Part shown: positions 1-11,384 of the stretch, in pieces
How the letters are laid out: every line of letters starts with the position of its first letter
How positions within the stretch are numbered: position 1 is the stretch's first letter
From: Camelus ferus
Lineage: Eukaryota
DNA: 64,000 bases
Assembly: GCF_009834535.1 (NCBI RefSeq)
Contig: NC_045698.1
Location: 14,138,001-14,202,000, forward strand
Reading direction: 5' to 3'
Notes under the pieces: generated by a model
What the model was told of the DNA's origin: nothing
The model's database searches: none
What the model saw: the letters and a program-made list of their open reading frames with translations, nothing else
Position numbers and translations under genes: made by a program

Positions 1-389
1 TGAATATCCTCCAGGCTCAACTTCCAAACTAAATGCCTTTGTTATTTGAGGCCTGGTGCAAATTAATGTTAAAATATTCATCAGATAAAAATCAGTAAAA
101 TAATAAAACAGATTTCCTGAGAATATTCTAATATCTATGTTGAAAACTATTTATTTCCTTAGGTCCAACACCTGTTGAAATAAATCAATCCATATCAGTT
201 ATGAAATATAATAAGATATTCAGAAAGTATATTTCTACTCTTATCTTTTTTGGGAGCATTTGAATTTTTATTTCTACAATTCCATGAAAATATTGAAGCA
301 TGGTAAAAACATACTATTATTTATATCCAGAAGAGACATTAAAAAGATTATCTAAGTCCAAATCTTGCTTTTATGTAAAAAAAAAATCT

Positions 390-3215
390 TGAGGTAAGAT
401 ATGATCATAAAAATGGCAGACAAAGCTAATAAAGACACCTCTAACTATAAACAGCAAAAACAGTGTGTTAAATTAAAAGTACAATACAACTGAGATAGAA
501 ACATTGAGAGCTAATTCACTGACGAAAGGAAGAGAGAACTTAGTACCAGGAAGGTCATTTCCAACTGGCAGACATTTGTCTTTAAGGGAAATTAAACTGG
601 ATACAGGCCATGGGCACCAAGATTTGGTTTTTATATCACCTGAAGATTAGAATATATTATTTTCAGTCTCCTCAAGGTATAGAATTAGAATGGAGGTATC
701 CGAACAAAGCCAGACTGCTTGAAAACAAACTCCATGAAATCAAAATGAGCTCTCTACCCACCAGCTTTAAAAAGTAGCAAGGAAGCTTGTGGTCTGTTAA
801 GAGCTCTTAGTAGAAAAAAGTTTCCTGTGATAAATTAAAACCTAAACTTGCAGCCTAGAAAAAAGATTCATTTTTGTGTTGCTAGTGTTCTTTTGTTACT
901 GTTTCCATTAAACTTATGGATAAGAATCCATAGTTTAAAATTAAAAATTAATATTTATTCAGATTTTTCAAACTAAAGGGTTATCAGGAAATAAAAAGGT
1001 AAGTTGCTCTCTATGAATATTTCTCAAGCTATATTTTAGAGGAATCCCACCAAAATCCTCATTGCCATTTATCACCCACTATTGAAGACAGATGATTATA
1101 AAATTTTAAAAGGCATACCAGGATCAAATCTCTGAGACAGATAGTGAATAGACAAAGAAATATGCAAATTATTCAAGCACAAAAATAATAGTGGTTGAAC
1201 AAGACTGTGAAATAGGTGGTCTGCCATAATTAAAGTCATAAGGAAAGAAATAAAGGTCAAAATGAAAGGACAGGTCACATATAAAAAGGAGAAAAAGAAC
1301 TAAAAAAAATCCAAGCTAATATTCACATTTAAGTCAAAGAATATACTTAACAAAGAAATAGCTGAAGAGAGGATTAGAGTGCTAGAAATAAATCTTACAG
1401 AAATGATATCAAATAGAAGTTTTAGAATGAAACAATAAATGAGGAAAAAAGAAATTCAAAGAAATAATGGATGCTATATTTCTATAAAGTGTAAGTATTC
1501 TAATAATCATACAAAAATACTGATTTCATTCTGCTATGGGCTAAAGTTTATACCATCAAAATACATATTTGAGGTTCTAACCCCTAGCACCTTATTTGAA
1601 CATAGGATCTTTATAGAGGCAGTCAGGTTAAAATGAGGACATTAAAGTGGACACTAATCCAAAATGACTGATGCCCTTATTAAAAAGGAAATTTGGACAC
1701 AGATGCTCATATAGGGAGAACATCATGTGAACATAAAGACAGCAATCTTCAAGCCAAGGAGAGAGGCTCAGAAAAGATCCTTCCCTCAGAAACTACAGAA
1801 GCAACCAAGTCTGCTGACTAGATTTGACATCCAGCCTCCAGAACTGAGAGACAATACTTTCTGCTGTTCAACCACTCAGTTTATAGTACTTTGTAACTGA
1901 CGTTCCAGTTAATCAATACATAGATCAAGAAAAAGAAAACGTAAAAGAAAAAAAAAGCCACCGCCTGCCAAAAAAAACCCTTCAAAGCCGAGACACGTTA
2001 GTAAATCTACAGACCACAAAGGACACAGGTAATCCTGAAATCAACCTAAGGGAAAGAGGAAAACTTTAAAAAGGAATTTCAGCAGATTTCTTATCATCAA
2101 ACATGGAGTCCAGAAGAGAATATATCTTCAATAAAACAATGATGGAAAAATTCATCCTAGAATCCTATACACAAAAAACAATGATGCAACACGAAAAAGA
2201 AAGATAACTTTTATTGCTTCTAGGCTAAATAGAAAAATAAAAGTAAAGGCTGTATATAAGCATAAGAAAATCAAACCAGGAGAAAGAACAGGGATGGAAG
2301 CAATGCAGAACAATAATGTTGGTAAACACGGGTACATCTTAGCAACACTGAATGCCTAAATGATTTTCATAATAAAAAAATCTGGAAAGTAGATTATAAA
2401 AAATTGAGGAAACAAGATTATAACATGAAACAGGAGAAAGTGTTTAAACAGCCTAAGATATTTGTATTGTTTAGGATAGTTGTAAAGGCATCAATTTTAA
2501 GCTTTATAAAGTACAAGTTAAAAAGAAATTGGGCATAGTCATATTTCAGTAAAAAGTAAAAGAAACCTAAGAAGTTTGAAATAGAAGTCAAGGGAGTAAA
2601 ATGTTAAGTATGTTAAACATAGATAAGTATATACTGTATACATTAATACTAGTAACAGTAAGAAAAATAACGAGCAATTGAATGATTTAAAAACAGTTTG
2701 GCTTAGTAGGCATATAAAAATTAGAAAACACAATGATGTAATAAAATTTGGTCATTCTATGTCATTGTATAGGAGGAAGTAGACATTAAGTTATGATATG
2801 AAGTCAACAGTGCACAAAAACATTAAGATCAAGCACAAATGTCAAAATCTACAACATAAAACTTTCAAACCAATGAAGAGAAACACCAAAAGAAGTCATT
2901 ACAGTAGAATAAAAGGAGAGAAAAAAAAAAGGAACAAACAGAAAACATAGTGCCTGTAAAATACAAAATAGATTAGTAATAATAAGTCCAAATGGATTAA
3001 AAATCACAATAAACAATGGAATAAAGCCATTGCTTAGAAAAATAAATGATCAGATTGCATTAAAAAAACAACTAACTAAAAGTTAAGACTCACCTACATG
3101 TGTATTATAAATGACACATGTAAAATACCATTATAGTGATGTAATGGTATGAACAATATATTCAAAAACATTTTGATCATGAGAAACGTTATATAAGGAT
3201 GTCAACATCAGACCA
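390..3215 (+). mobile_element. Very old, degraded L1 (L1M-type ORF1 to start of ORF2), interrupted by an MLT1 LTR
   Basis: A-rich plus strand with L1-like remnants, including an ORF2-start-like stretch at about 2980-3130. No intact ORF. Confidence 0.5.
1532..1920 (+). mobile_element. MaLR solo LTR (MLT1A/MLT1B-like)
   Basis: TG...CA ends (tgctatggg...aatcaataca) and MLT1 motifs gttaaaatgagg, aatttggacacaga and cagcctccagaactgagagacaata. Confidence 0.85.
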
Positions 3216-3217
3216 AA

Positions 3218-3681
3218 GCTGGCACTATTGCCATTTTGGGCTGGATAATTCTTTTTTGGTGGGGAAGGGGTGTTGTCCTGCGTGTTGTAGAAAGTGTAGC
3301 AGCATCCTGCCTTTACTAACTAAATGTCAGTAGCACCCCAGCCCTACTTACCACAAGCAAAAGTGAGGTCCATGTTAGGACTTTCATGGACCCTTGGCCC
3401 TTTTGACTTTGTGGGTCTTCTTTTTTTCAATTAAAACACTAAGTTCTGTTTGCAATTGCATGGATATAAAAACTCAAATAATATAGCATGAATTATATTC
3501 ATTTTCATATTTCATTCTTATTTAAAAATATATTAAAACATTTTTATGAGCCTTTTAAGCATCTTTGAGTATAGTGATTATGTCAACTAAAACTAACAGG
3601 CAATTTAGCTGCGGTGAAAGATGTGTCCAGACATTGCCAAATGCCCCCAGGGGTCAAAGTCACCTCTGGTTTAGCATCACT
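3218..3681 (+). mobile_element. MER20 (hAT-Charlie), split by a nested element
   Basis: MER20 5' half ggcactattgccattttgggctggataattc (about 3221-3362) and 3' half tgtgtccagacattgccaaatgccccc...catcactg (about 3618-3681). Confidence 0.8.
3363..3617 (+). mobile_element. MER45-like hAT-Tip100 element nested in MER20
   Basis: ggactttcatggacccttggccc...tttgtgggtc and aaaacatttttatgagcctt resemble MER45-family subterminal motifs. Confidence 0.5.
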
Positions 3682-5206
3682 GATACACACAAACATACAT
3701 ATACACATGCACACAAACATGGATGGGTGTGTTTGTATAATAATATAAAGTTTGCAATGTAAATAAATACATATACTGTGCCCATAACATATTTTATGGT
3801 TTGTATTGATGTTTATGTTGATGACATTTAAAAAATATTTCAGTGTAGCATTAAGAAGCATTATATATAATGAATTATAAATATAAAATATAAATAAATA
3901 AATTATAAATATAAATGAATTATAAAATATAAGGTAATTCTTTAATTACTCTAAATATTTTAAAATTTAAGTAAATGTCACTTTTCTCTAAAAATATAAA
4001 CTTAGTGAAATCTGATTTCCTTAAAAAAAGTTTCTGTATCACTACAAATTAAATGAAGTATATGCCAAATCAAATTCCTTTTATACACCCAATTTCTTAT
4101 AGGACTGGATCTAAATAGTTAAATTTCCATGACTACTGAGAAAATTCTATATCCATATGGAAATGTGTGCCATAAATTAATTTCACATGACATCATGTCA
4201 TCACACTGTCACTTGTATAAAATTCAAATGTCATGTTTTGATACAGGAAGTTTTTCATTTCAAAGAAGTTATGATAAAAATGTTCATAAAATTATCATCT
4301 TGACAGTATTAGATGACAATTGGGACCTTTATTTGCTGTGCATTTAATTTTTAATTCAGAGTTCATGATGACATTAAAGAGGTCATTTTTTTTTTCTGAA
4401 AAGCCTGAACCTTCTCATTCCTTTTTACATAATTTATTCTCTCTTTAACCTCAAAATCATTTATTTAATTTGAAGCTACAGTACTTCATATTAAAAGAGA
4501 TTTCAAAGTTCTTTTTTAAAGAAAGAAAAAGATGTCAAATAATGGCAGTAATAGGAGTGATGAGAGGGGAACTCCATGCACTATATACTCGAAACCGATT
4601 TTCACTGAGACTCGGGTATCTTACAGTTTGTTCTTTGGCACTGCCATAACTAATCCCTCTTCCCATGAAGAGGTCACTTACCTGTTTTGAGCATCATTGC
4701 CTTCTATTACTTGAGGAATTTGGCAAGATGATTTCTTAGCTCCTTTATACTGCTAGAAATCCTTTTTTACTCTCTATGTGTTGTTGTTTTTAGCAGAGCA
4801 AGTTGGGAATAACTGCCTAGAAACTACACTTACCTACTCACACGTATGGGACATGGGTACAGAGGGGAGTGAGAGAGGTATATTTTGAGTAACTAAATTC
4901 TTAATAGATATAAGCAATATTTTCTACAGATGATAGTTTAGGTCTAGAAAAACTTCTAACAATTATAAAAATACACACCATAAATTAAAGGAAGTGGAAA
5001 TAGCAGAATTCACTTGCTTATTCTGAAAAAATCTAAGTACTTATTAACTTGTATTATCAAATATATCTTTAATGTCAATATAGCCCAAACCCCAATGTAA
5101 AATAGTTAATAAATTATATCTCTTAGCCTAAAGCACACTGCTAAGTAGTAACACACATTTTGGTGTTTTACCTTTTGTTTGTGATTTTTTTATTCTATTC
5201 TCTTTA

Positions 5207-5384
5207 TTTTTGTATTTTTTATGTTTATAAGTTTTTTTTTTTAATTTTAACCTTATTTTTATTTTGGGGGGAGTAATTAGTTTTTTACTTACTTATTTAT
5301 TTTAATAGAGATACTGGGGATTGAACCCACGGCCTCCTGCATGCTAAGTATGGGCTCTACCACTTGAGCTACACCCTTACCCTC
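5207..5384 (-). mobile_element. tRNA(Ala)-derived SINE, Vic-1-like (camelid)
   Basis: Minus strand GGGTGTAGCTCAAGTGGTAGAGCCCATACTTAGCATGCAGGAGGCCGTGGGTTCAATCCCCAGTA carries Pol III A and B boxes, followed by an A-rich tail. TSD tattctattctcttta (5191-5206) and tgttctattgtcttta (5385-5400). Confidence 0.85.
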
Positions 5385-6049
5385 TGTTCTATTGTCTTTA
5401 ATTATCAGATAATGCAATGTGGATAATATCCACTGACAGATACCCTGAAGTAAGCATAGCATTTCCTTTATTTATTATACAAGAATGTTTGGCCAATTAA
5501 AGAAGTTATCTATAATGTTTTTAAAATGAAAATAATATGCATTTACAGAGAACACCTAGCTAATCACAATAAGTTATCACTTGAAATACATAAAGTTTAT
5601 TGCCAGTAATTGTGCATTAAAAGACATTATTTCCAATGCATATCCTTAGTTAAATTCTAATAATTATGCATATTTTAATATCCCTAGCATGTACCGTAAG
5701 AGTCAATAGACTTTGCAATAACAACACAAGGATACATTCTGTTGGTAAATATGAGACATATATACAATACAGCCTATAGCTAATGGCTAAAATAAGCATT
5801 CATATGTACTCTAAATTATAATTTCTGATCTCTAAAATAAGAAATTTCACTTCTACATGATTCTTTTTATTCAGTAAGTAATATTTTTCTAGCACATGTG
5901 ATAAACTAGATAAGACCTGAAGAATGCTTTTTTTATCTACTGCCACTAATTCTGAACAGCAATAGTCTCAACTATTAGAAGAATCCAAGTAAGAAAATAT
6001 ATAGTTTTAGTCAAAGGAACACTAAGAATTATTAGATTAAAATAATACA

Positions 6050-6640
6050 TTTCTATAAAGCAAAAATTGTAGACCAAATCAAAAGACAAATGGCAACTGT
6101 GAAAAAATCATTGATAACATATCACTAGCAAAGAATTATTACATCTGTTACATAAAGAGCGACTAGTATTACATGTTAAAAAGACTAGCAAAAGAATACA
6201 AAGCAAGGGCCTGAAGAGTCAGTTAGTATAAAAGAAATACTCATATCTCCTCAACTATGAAAAAATGACCAATTTCACTCATAAGAGAAATGTAAGTTGA
6301 AAGTACACAGGGATGCAATTTTTCACTTTTTATATTTGCAAAATTCCAACTTTTACAATCCCACCTGTTGGCATTGCTGCAGAGAAATAGTTACTCTTAT
6401 ATAATCACCGAGAGAGGTGCAAGATACTATAACACCTTTGGAGGAGGATCTGGTAATATCTACCAAAATTAAAGATTTATTTATTTTTGAATCATAATTC
6501 CACTTCTGAAAATCTCTCCCACAGATATACCTACATGTATGCTAAATGATGTGTGTCCGAGGACATTCGTTACACTACTGCATATAATGCATGGAAACAA
6601 AAACACCAAGAGGTAATGAACATTCATTAAAATAATAATG
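6050..6640 (+). mobile_element. Old L1 (L1ME-like) ORF2-end/3'UTR fragment
   Basis: aaaagacaaatggcaac..., tcactcataagagaaatgtaagttgaaagtaca, aattccacttctgaaaatct. Confidence 0.7.
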
Positions 6641-6923
6641 CGAGAGGGAACACCAGTGTGAAAGTGGTGAAGTAAAGAACCCCAAAAATTCTCACCTCCA
6701 TAAAAGCAATGATTAGTGAGAGAGACTTTTGTCCGAATAACTTCAAATAATTATTACAAGTATTAACAATGACCGCAAAAAGTTATGGTTTAAGGAGCCC
6801 TTTTCGGTGAATTAGCACATCTGATCATTACAATAGGTATTGAGATACAGTCTGTGTAAATAAAGAGGAAATATTGCTGCTTCCAAAGCATTCACAGTCT
6901 ACGAGGTGAGGCAGATACCTTAC

Positions 6924-7252
6924 CAGGGGCTTCAAATGCCTTCTGTAATGGTCATTAGGAAATACTTTAGATTTTGCAGACCTTACTCTCTCTTATCACT
7001 ACTCAGTCCCACTACTGTAGCTTGAAAATGGCCACATGCAATACACAGATGCAAGTCTGGCTGTATTCCAATAAAACACTGTTTATGGAAACTGAGGTTG
7101 GGCTTCATTTAATTTCTATGTGTCACAAAATAGTATTTAAAAAATTTTTAATAGTTAAAAAATCTTAAAAAAATAAAATTTTAGTATGCAGGCAATACCA
7201 AAATCTGCAACTGGATGAGTTTGGTACACAGGCTGCTGCTTAACTGACCCAT
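6924..7252 (+). mobile_element. MER58B-like hAT-Charlie element
   Basis: Starts caggggc, contains ggctgtattccaataaaac...tttatggaaactga, ends ctgaccca; about 330 bp. Confidence 0.75.
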
Positions 7253-7324
7253 AATCTAAACTATAAACCGAAGTTTATAACACACTTAAATTAGTCATAG
7301 AAAGGTCAAGCGAGATTTCTCAGT

Positions 7325-7430
7325 GTTACATTAAGGAGAAAGAAATGCAGGGGATTAAAGAGACTTGCCAGATGTAAATACAGTTAATAAGCAGAGAAGC
7401 CTTAACTGAAACCTGGATCTTTACTCACTA
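7325..7430 (-). mobile_element. MIR fragment
   Basis: gacttgccagatgtaaatacagttaataagcagagaagcc...aaacctggatct resembles the reverse MIR core. Confidence 0.55.
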
Positions 7431-8607
7431 ATCAGTATTATCTCATGAAGGCAATGAGTCTACTGCAATGATAGGTGTGATATGTGGCCAGCATTTTAGG
7501 AAGTGTGTTGTATCTTATATGAAATTACATTCTTTGTTATAATAGGGATTTATTTAGCACTGTTCAACTTTTGAAAAATTTTAAAAAATGTTAGACCAGG
7601 TGGTCTATGTTAGTTTTTACATGATTTTTGGAAAAGAAAGGACACGATTTTTTAAAACCTATAATGATACTATCATATAATTTGTTCCAAGAAGAAAGGA
7701 CTTACTTGACTTACTTGCTAACAAACGTGCTTACCCTAATCTTTCAAGTATTTTTAAAAAGGTCTTTAATAAGTCCATGAGATCAAATCCATGAGATATA
7801 TTTATATACTAATTTTGGTATTTGACTGCTCATGGCCATTGCATTCTGGAAAAAAATTATGGATGATCAACTCTATTTATCTGTATATATGAATAATTGT
7901 ATATATATTTAATATATAGACGGTAGATACATTACACATGTATATATATAGTTGTACTATTTACCATTAGAAATTGCCTTATGATCATGGCCTTATCCTC
8001 ATAAAAATATGTCTTAGGAGTGAATAATATATGCTGACCAAATGTCAACAGAGTAAGTTCCTCCATAATAAATCAAATCATTAAGGAAGAAAGCCTAAGA
8101 GAATTATCATAAAAAATATAAGAGAAGTTGGTAAGTGTCAAAACAGTTAGGCTTGAGCTCTTATCAAACGTTCAGATGATGATGTTTTAGAGTGTAATAT
8201 ATAACTACAGATATACAAGATTACAGTTAAGAACTCAAGGATAATTTGAAACAATTTAAAACAAACTTATATAATGAATCTAGAAAATATTATTTTAATA
8301 ACAGAACTGCATTCTATGATTCTTATTTCGTTTCTGTTGACAGAATCCTGGCTGGCATTTCTTTGACAAGGAGAAGCTAAGGAGATGTTTTTCAGCAGTT
8401 TGGAGGTGTTCCCTTCTCTTGTTCATAGAAATTGCAATGATTCTATCTTTTATTCAGGAATACCTTGAAAATACATGGTTGGTTCATTATGAGTGTATTT
8501 ATCAGTGTGAAATATAAATTCACTTCTTAAAAATAATGGGACAGGAGGGCATTATTATAAGTACATGTGCATTGTTAAGCTTTGCAGGGTTTTTTTTTGG
8601 TCACAGT

Positions 8608-8674
8608 TATATATGTATGTATGTATGTGTGCTTGTATGTGTGTATGTATGATATATGTGTGTATATGTACATA
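8608..8674. repeat. Imperfect (TATG/TG)n microsatellite
   Basis: Seen directly. Confidence 0.85.
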
Positions 8675-10547
8675 TGGTGGGGTGGATGATGAAGGGACAA
8701 AAATGGGTACAACCAAGTTTGAATTGCTCATAAAGGCAGATGAGTATTGAGTAGAAAAACTGAGTGAGGGGGCCCAGCTCAGATAGGGCATAAGAGGATC
8801 ACACCCTTGGGTGTGACCCTTTTTATCAGTTAATACTACAAACAATAGATTGGATATCAAATCCCACAAAACCTCCACAAAGGAACAGTTTCACAGGCCT
8901 CACCTTCTCCTGATGAGTAACAAACTCTCAACCATATGGTCATTGGCACCCAAGCCCAGAAAGATTGCTTGTAACTAATCTACCTATTGAGATTTTATCT
9001 TGTACTAAATCTAGTGACACGTCTGCCCCAAAATGAGAAGCTATCTAATCTTTTCTTGCCCCTTTCTAGCAGGTTTTTTGTTTCTTAGTTAAATAAAATG
9101 TTAGGAAATATGCATAACAAAATATATTAATAGTAGGTATGTATGTGTGTATATATACATATTTCCTTTTGGTATACTCCTAAAAAGGAAAAAAAAATCT
9201 GTTCCTTTTTTCTCTCCTTTTCAAAGATTGAAAGGATTATAGAAAAATGATTTTTGAAGTTCATAACAAAAATAAATTCCTAATAATTCAATATATTATG
9301 TTTTTATTTTAGTGTATTTGTTTCCATTTACTTCATGGAATACATTGCAGGGGGAAACAGTATAGAATGAAGATGAAGGGCTTTTTGTCTCACTTTAATA
9401 AGCATGTAAGAAAAGGACAGAATTGCTACAGACCTTTTTTGTGTGTTTTGTATTCTGACTCTATAGCTCCTGCCTTGTATGGAAAATACAGCTGCAACCC
9501 AGTCCCTGTTGGACGACGGATAGAACAGATGGCTTGTGATCCTGTACTGCCTGCAAATTAGGGAAGCACCATGGCTTGGATGAAGTACTTTTTTTTTCTT
9601 TTTTTTTTTTAGTACTAACAGTGCTAAAGTGAAAATAAATAGTCAAACGGGGAGATGGAAGTCACGGAGCCTGCAGTCACGATGCGTGTGCTGCTTCTCC
9701 CCCAGGTGCTGGACAAACCTAAGTGTGGCTGCTTCCAACAATCAGTAATTTATTCCAAGCTAGACCTCTCCACTTCCCACTCTGTTCTTTACCCGAGAGC
9801 CTCGGTGATGCGTGCTGAAACTGGGTCCCCTATTACTGAGCACACAATCCCCCATAGCCACTAAATTGTCCTGTCCATATTTCTGACAGACAGTGAAGCT
9901 GTTCTGAAGCTGCTGATCATTTTTGCCAACTTCGTTCTTTTAGGATTTCTAACAAAACCTGTACATCCAGTGTGTATTTAATCTCAACTTAAAATGTATC
10001 AACATTTTTATGGAACTTAATTTGGAGGATTGGAAAAATACCCATGTGCTTTTAAAGGCTGAGTTAAGTTCTAACACTCTCTTTGTAACAATTAACAGAA
10101 ATATATTAGATGTCTTGTATATACTGTCTTCTTTTTAGCCTCATGTGCAATAGCAAAAGATGAAAAAAACTGTCAATATCAATATATCAATAAATGACAT
10201 CGTGAATTCCAGTATACCTTCAAAGTACTAAAGACAAAATTACTCAATTGTGTGTTTAATTAAGGGTTTCCATGCTACATGAGAGAACAGAAAGAGTAAT
10301 ATGCCGGTACAAAAACATTCAGTCTAGTACATATGGACCAATATTTAGGGAGAGTGACATGATTGGTGAAGTTCATTTTTTATAATCATTATTTTAAACT
10401 ATTTACTTTAGATAATCGCATTCTATAATGTAATTCACTTAAAGTTCCATGCCTCTTCAAATCCAACTCCAACCTTACCCTCATCTCACTCCACAGTTTC
10501 CCAGAAGAGGGGAAAAAAAAAAACAAACAAATAACAAATAAATAAAT

Positions 10548-10553
10548 ACTTAC
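10548..10553 (-). promoter_or_regulatory. 5' splice donor GTAAGT
   Basis: Plus-strand ACTTAC directly after codon K76, where cadherin similarity ends. Confidence 0.93.
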
Positions 10554-10781
10554 TTTTCCAACATATTGTGGATCTGGTCCCATATGTTCTTCTAAAACAA
10601 AGAACTGATTCCAAACCCATCCCCTTTTGGGACGGTGGTGGACTTCGGTTTCACCTTCAATGTGTTTGGTTTGGTTTCTGGTCACCTTGATGGAGCCTTG
10701 GTGAGCAGTTCCATAACACCTCTGCACAAAACAGAGACACACTAGGACTGGACAGATGCAAGATGTGCTCGTAACTTTCAT
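10554..10781 (-). CDS. CDH18: Cadherin-18 (type II classical cadherin), first coding exon, codons 1-76; partial CDS, remaining exons lie left of the window
   Basis: Translates to [76 protein letters not shown]. This has a hydrophobic signal peptide, an RPKR furin site and the type II cadherin W2/W4 N-terminus, and is near-identical to the human CDH18 N-terminus as I recall it. ATG at 10781-10779 has context ACAATGA. Phase-0 donor AAA|GTAAGT at 10553-10548. Confidence 0.96.
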
Positions 10782-11036
10782 TGTAAGATAACTTTCCAGT
10801 TCACGGTTTTTTGCCTTTCCTTGACAGCTCCAAATGCTTAATAAGCATTCAAGAGAGAAGCCAGAACATCTTTTAGAAGGACAGTCCAAAGTAAATTGTT
10901 TAGCGTGTCCATGATTTAACTGTCCATCAGGGAAAAGTCAGACTGCATTTACATCCTGAAACACTTGGAGAATCAAAGCTGTAGCTGGCCGATTCTAAGT
11001 CTTCACAGTTGGCGAACAGGGGCAACCATTTTCTAC
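10782..11036 (-). other. CDH18: 5'UTR part of the CDH18 first coding exon (exon 11036-10554, 483 nt)
   Basis: The minus strand reads TTTTCTCTCTTTCCATTAG|GTAGAAAATGG, a polypyrimidine tract plus AG at 11038-11037, 255 nt upstream of the ATG. The region is repeat-free. Confidence 0.85.
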
Positions 11037-11056
11037 CTAATGGAAAGAGAGAAAAT
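11037..11056 (-). promoter_or_regulatory. 3' splice acceptor and polypyrimidine tract
   Basis: TTTTCTCTCTTTCCATTAG on the minus strand. Confidence 0.85.
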
Positions 11057-11264
11057 TATATACATTACAAAGCATGGAAGTTTTAAGTTTTTGCTCTGGA
11101 TGCAAATTATACTGTTTTGCAGCATGATGCTGACAGGCAAAGAATATATACGTGCTGATTCTTTTGGAAATAAACACAAACATACACACACAGAGTTATG
11201 TGTAAGCCTGCACACTGCACACACTTTTACATGGACCTACCTATCTGTATTGCTAATTCTCAAT

Positions 11265-11384
11265 TATATATATATATATGTATAAATTTATACATATTTA
11301 TACATAAATTTATACATATATATAAAACTGATATAAAATATATATTTATGATGATATCTATTTATGATATAAATATATATATAT
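11265..11384. repeat. (TA)-rich low-complexity tract
   Basis: Seen directly. Confidence 0.8.

Noticed and set aside
4674..4690. Perfect minus-strand donor CAG|GTAAGT as an extra CDH18 exon
   Set aside because: It lies in a MIR-like relic, and I found no convincing acceptor or cadherin-coding frame upstream of it.
5310..5382. tRNA-Ala gene
   Set aside because: It has an A-rich tail and TSD and imperfect stems, so it is a SINE.
10389..10889. 166-aa ORF as a single-exon protein with an N-terminal extension and a hydrophobic C-tail
   Set aside because: It starts at TTG and reads through a consensus GTAAGT donor. The tail ([14 protein letters not shown]) is T-rich intron sequence, and only residues MKVT...YVGK are cadherin.
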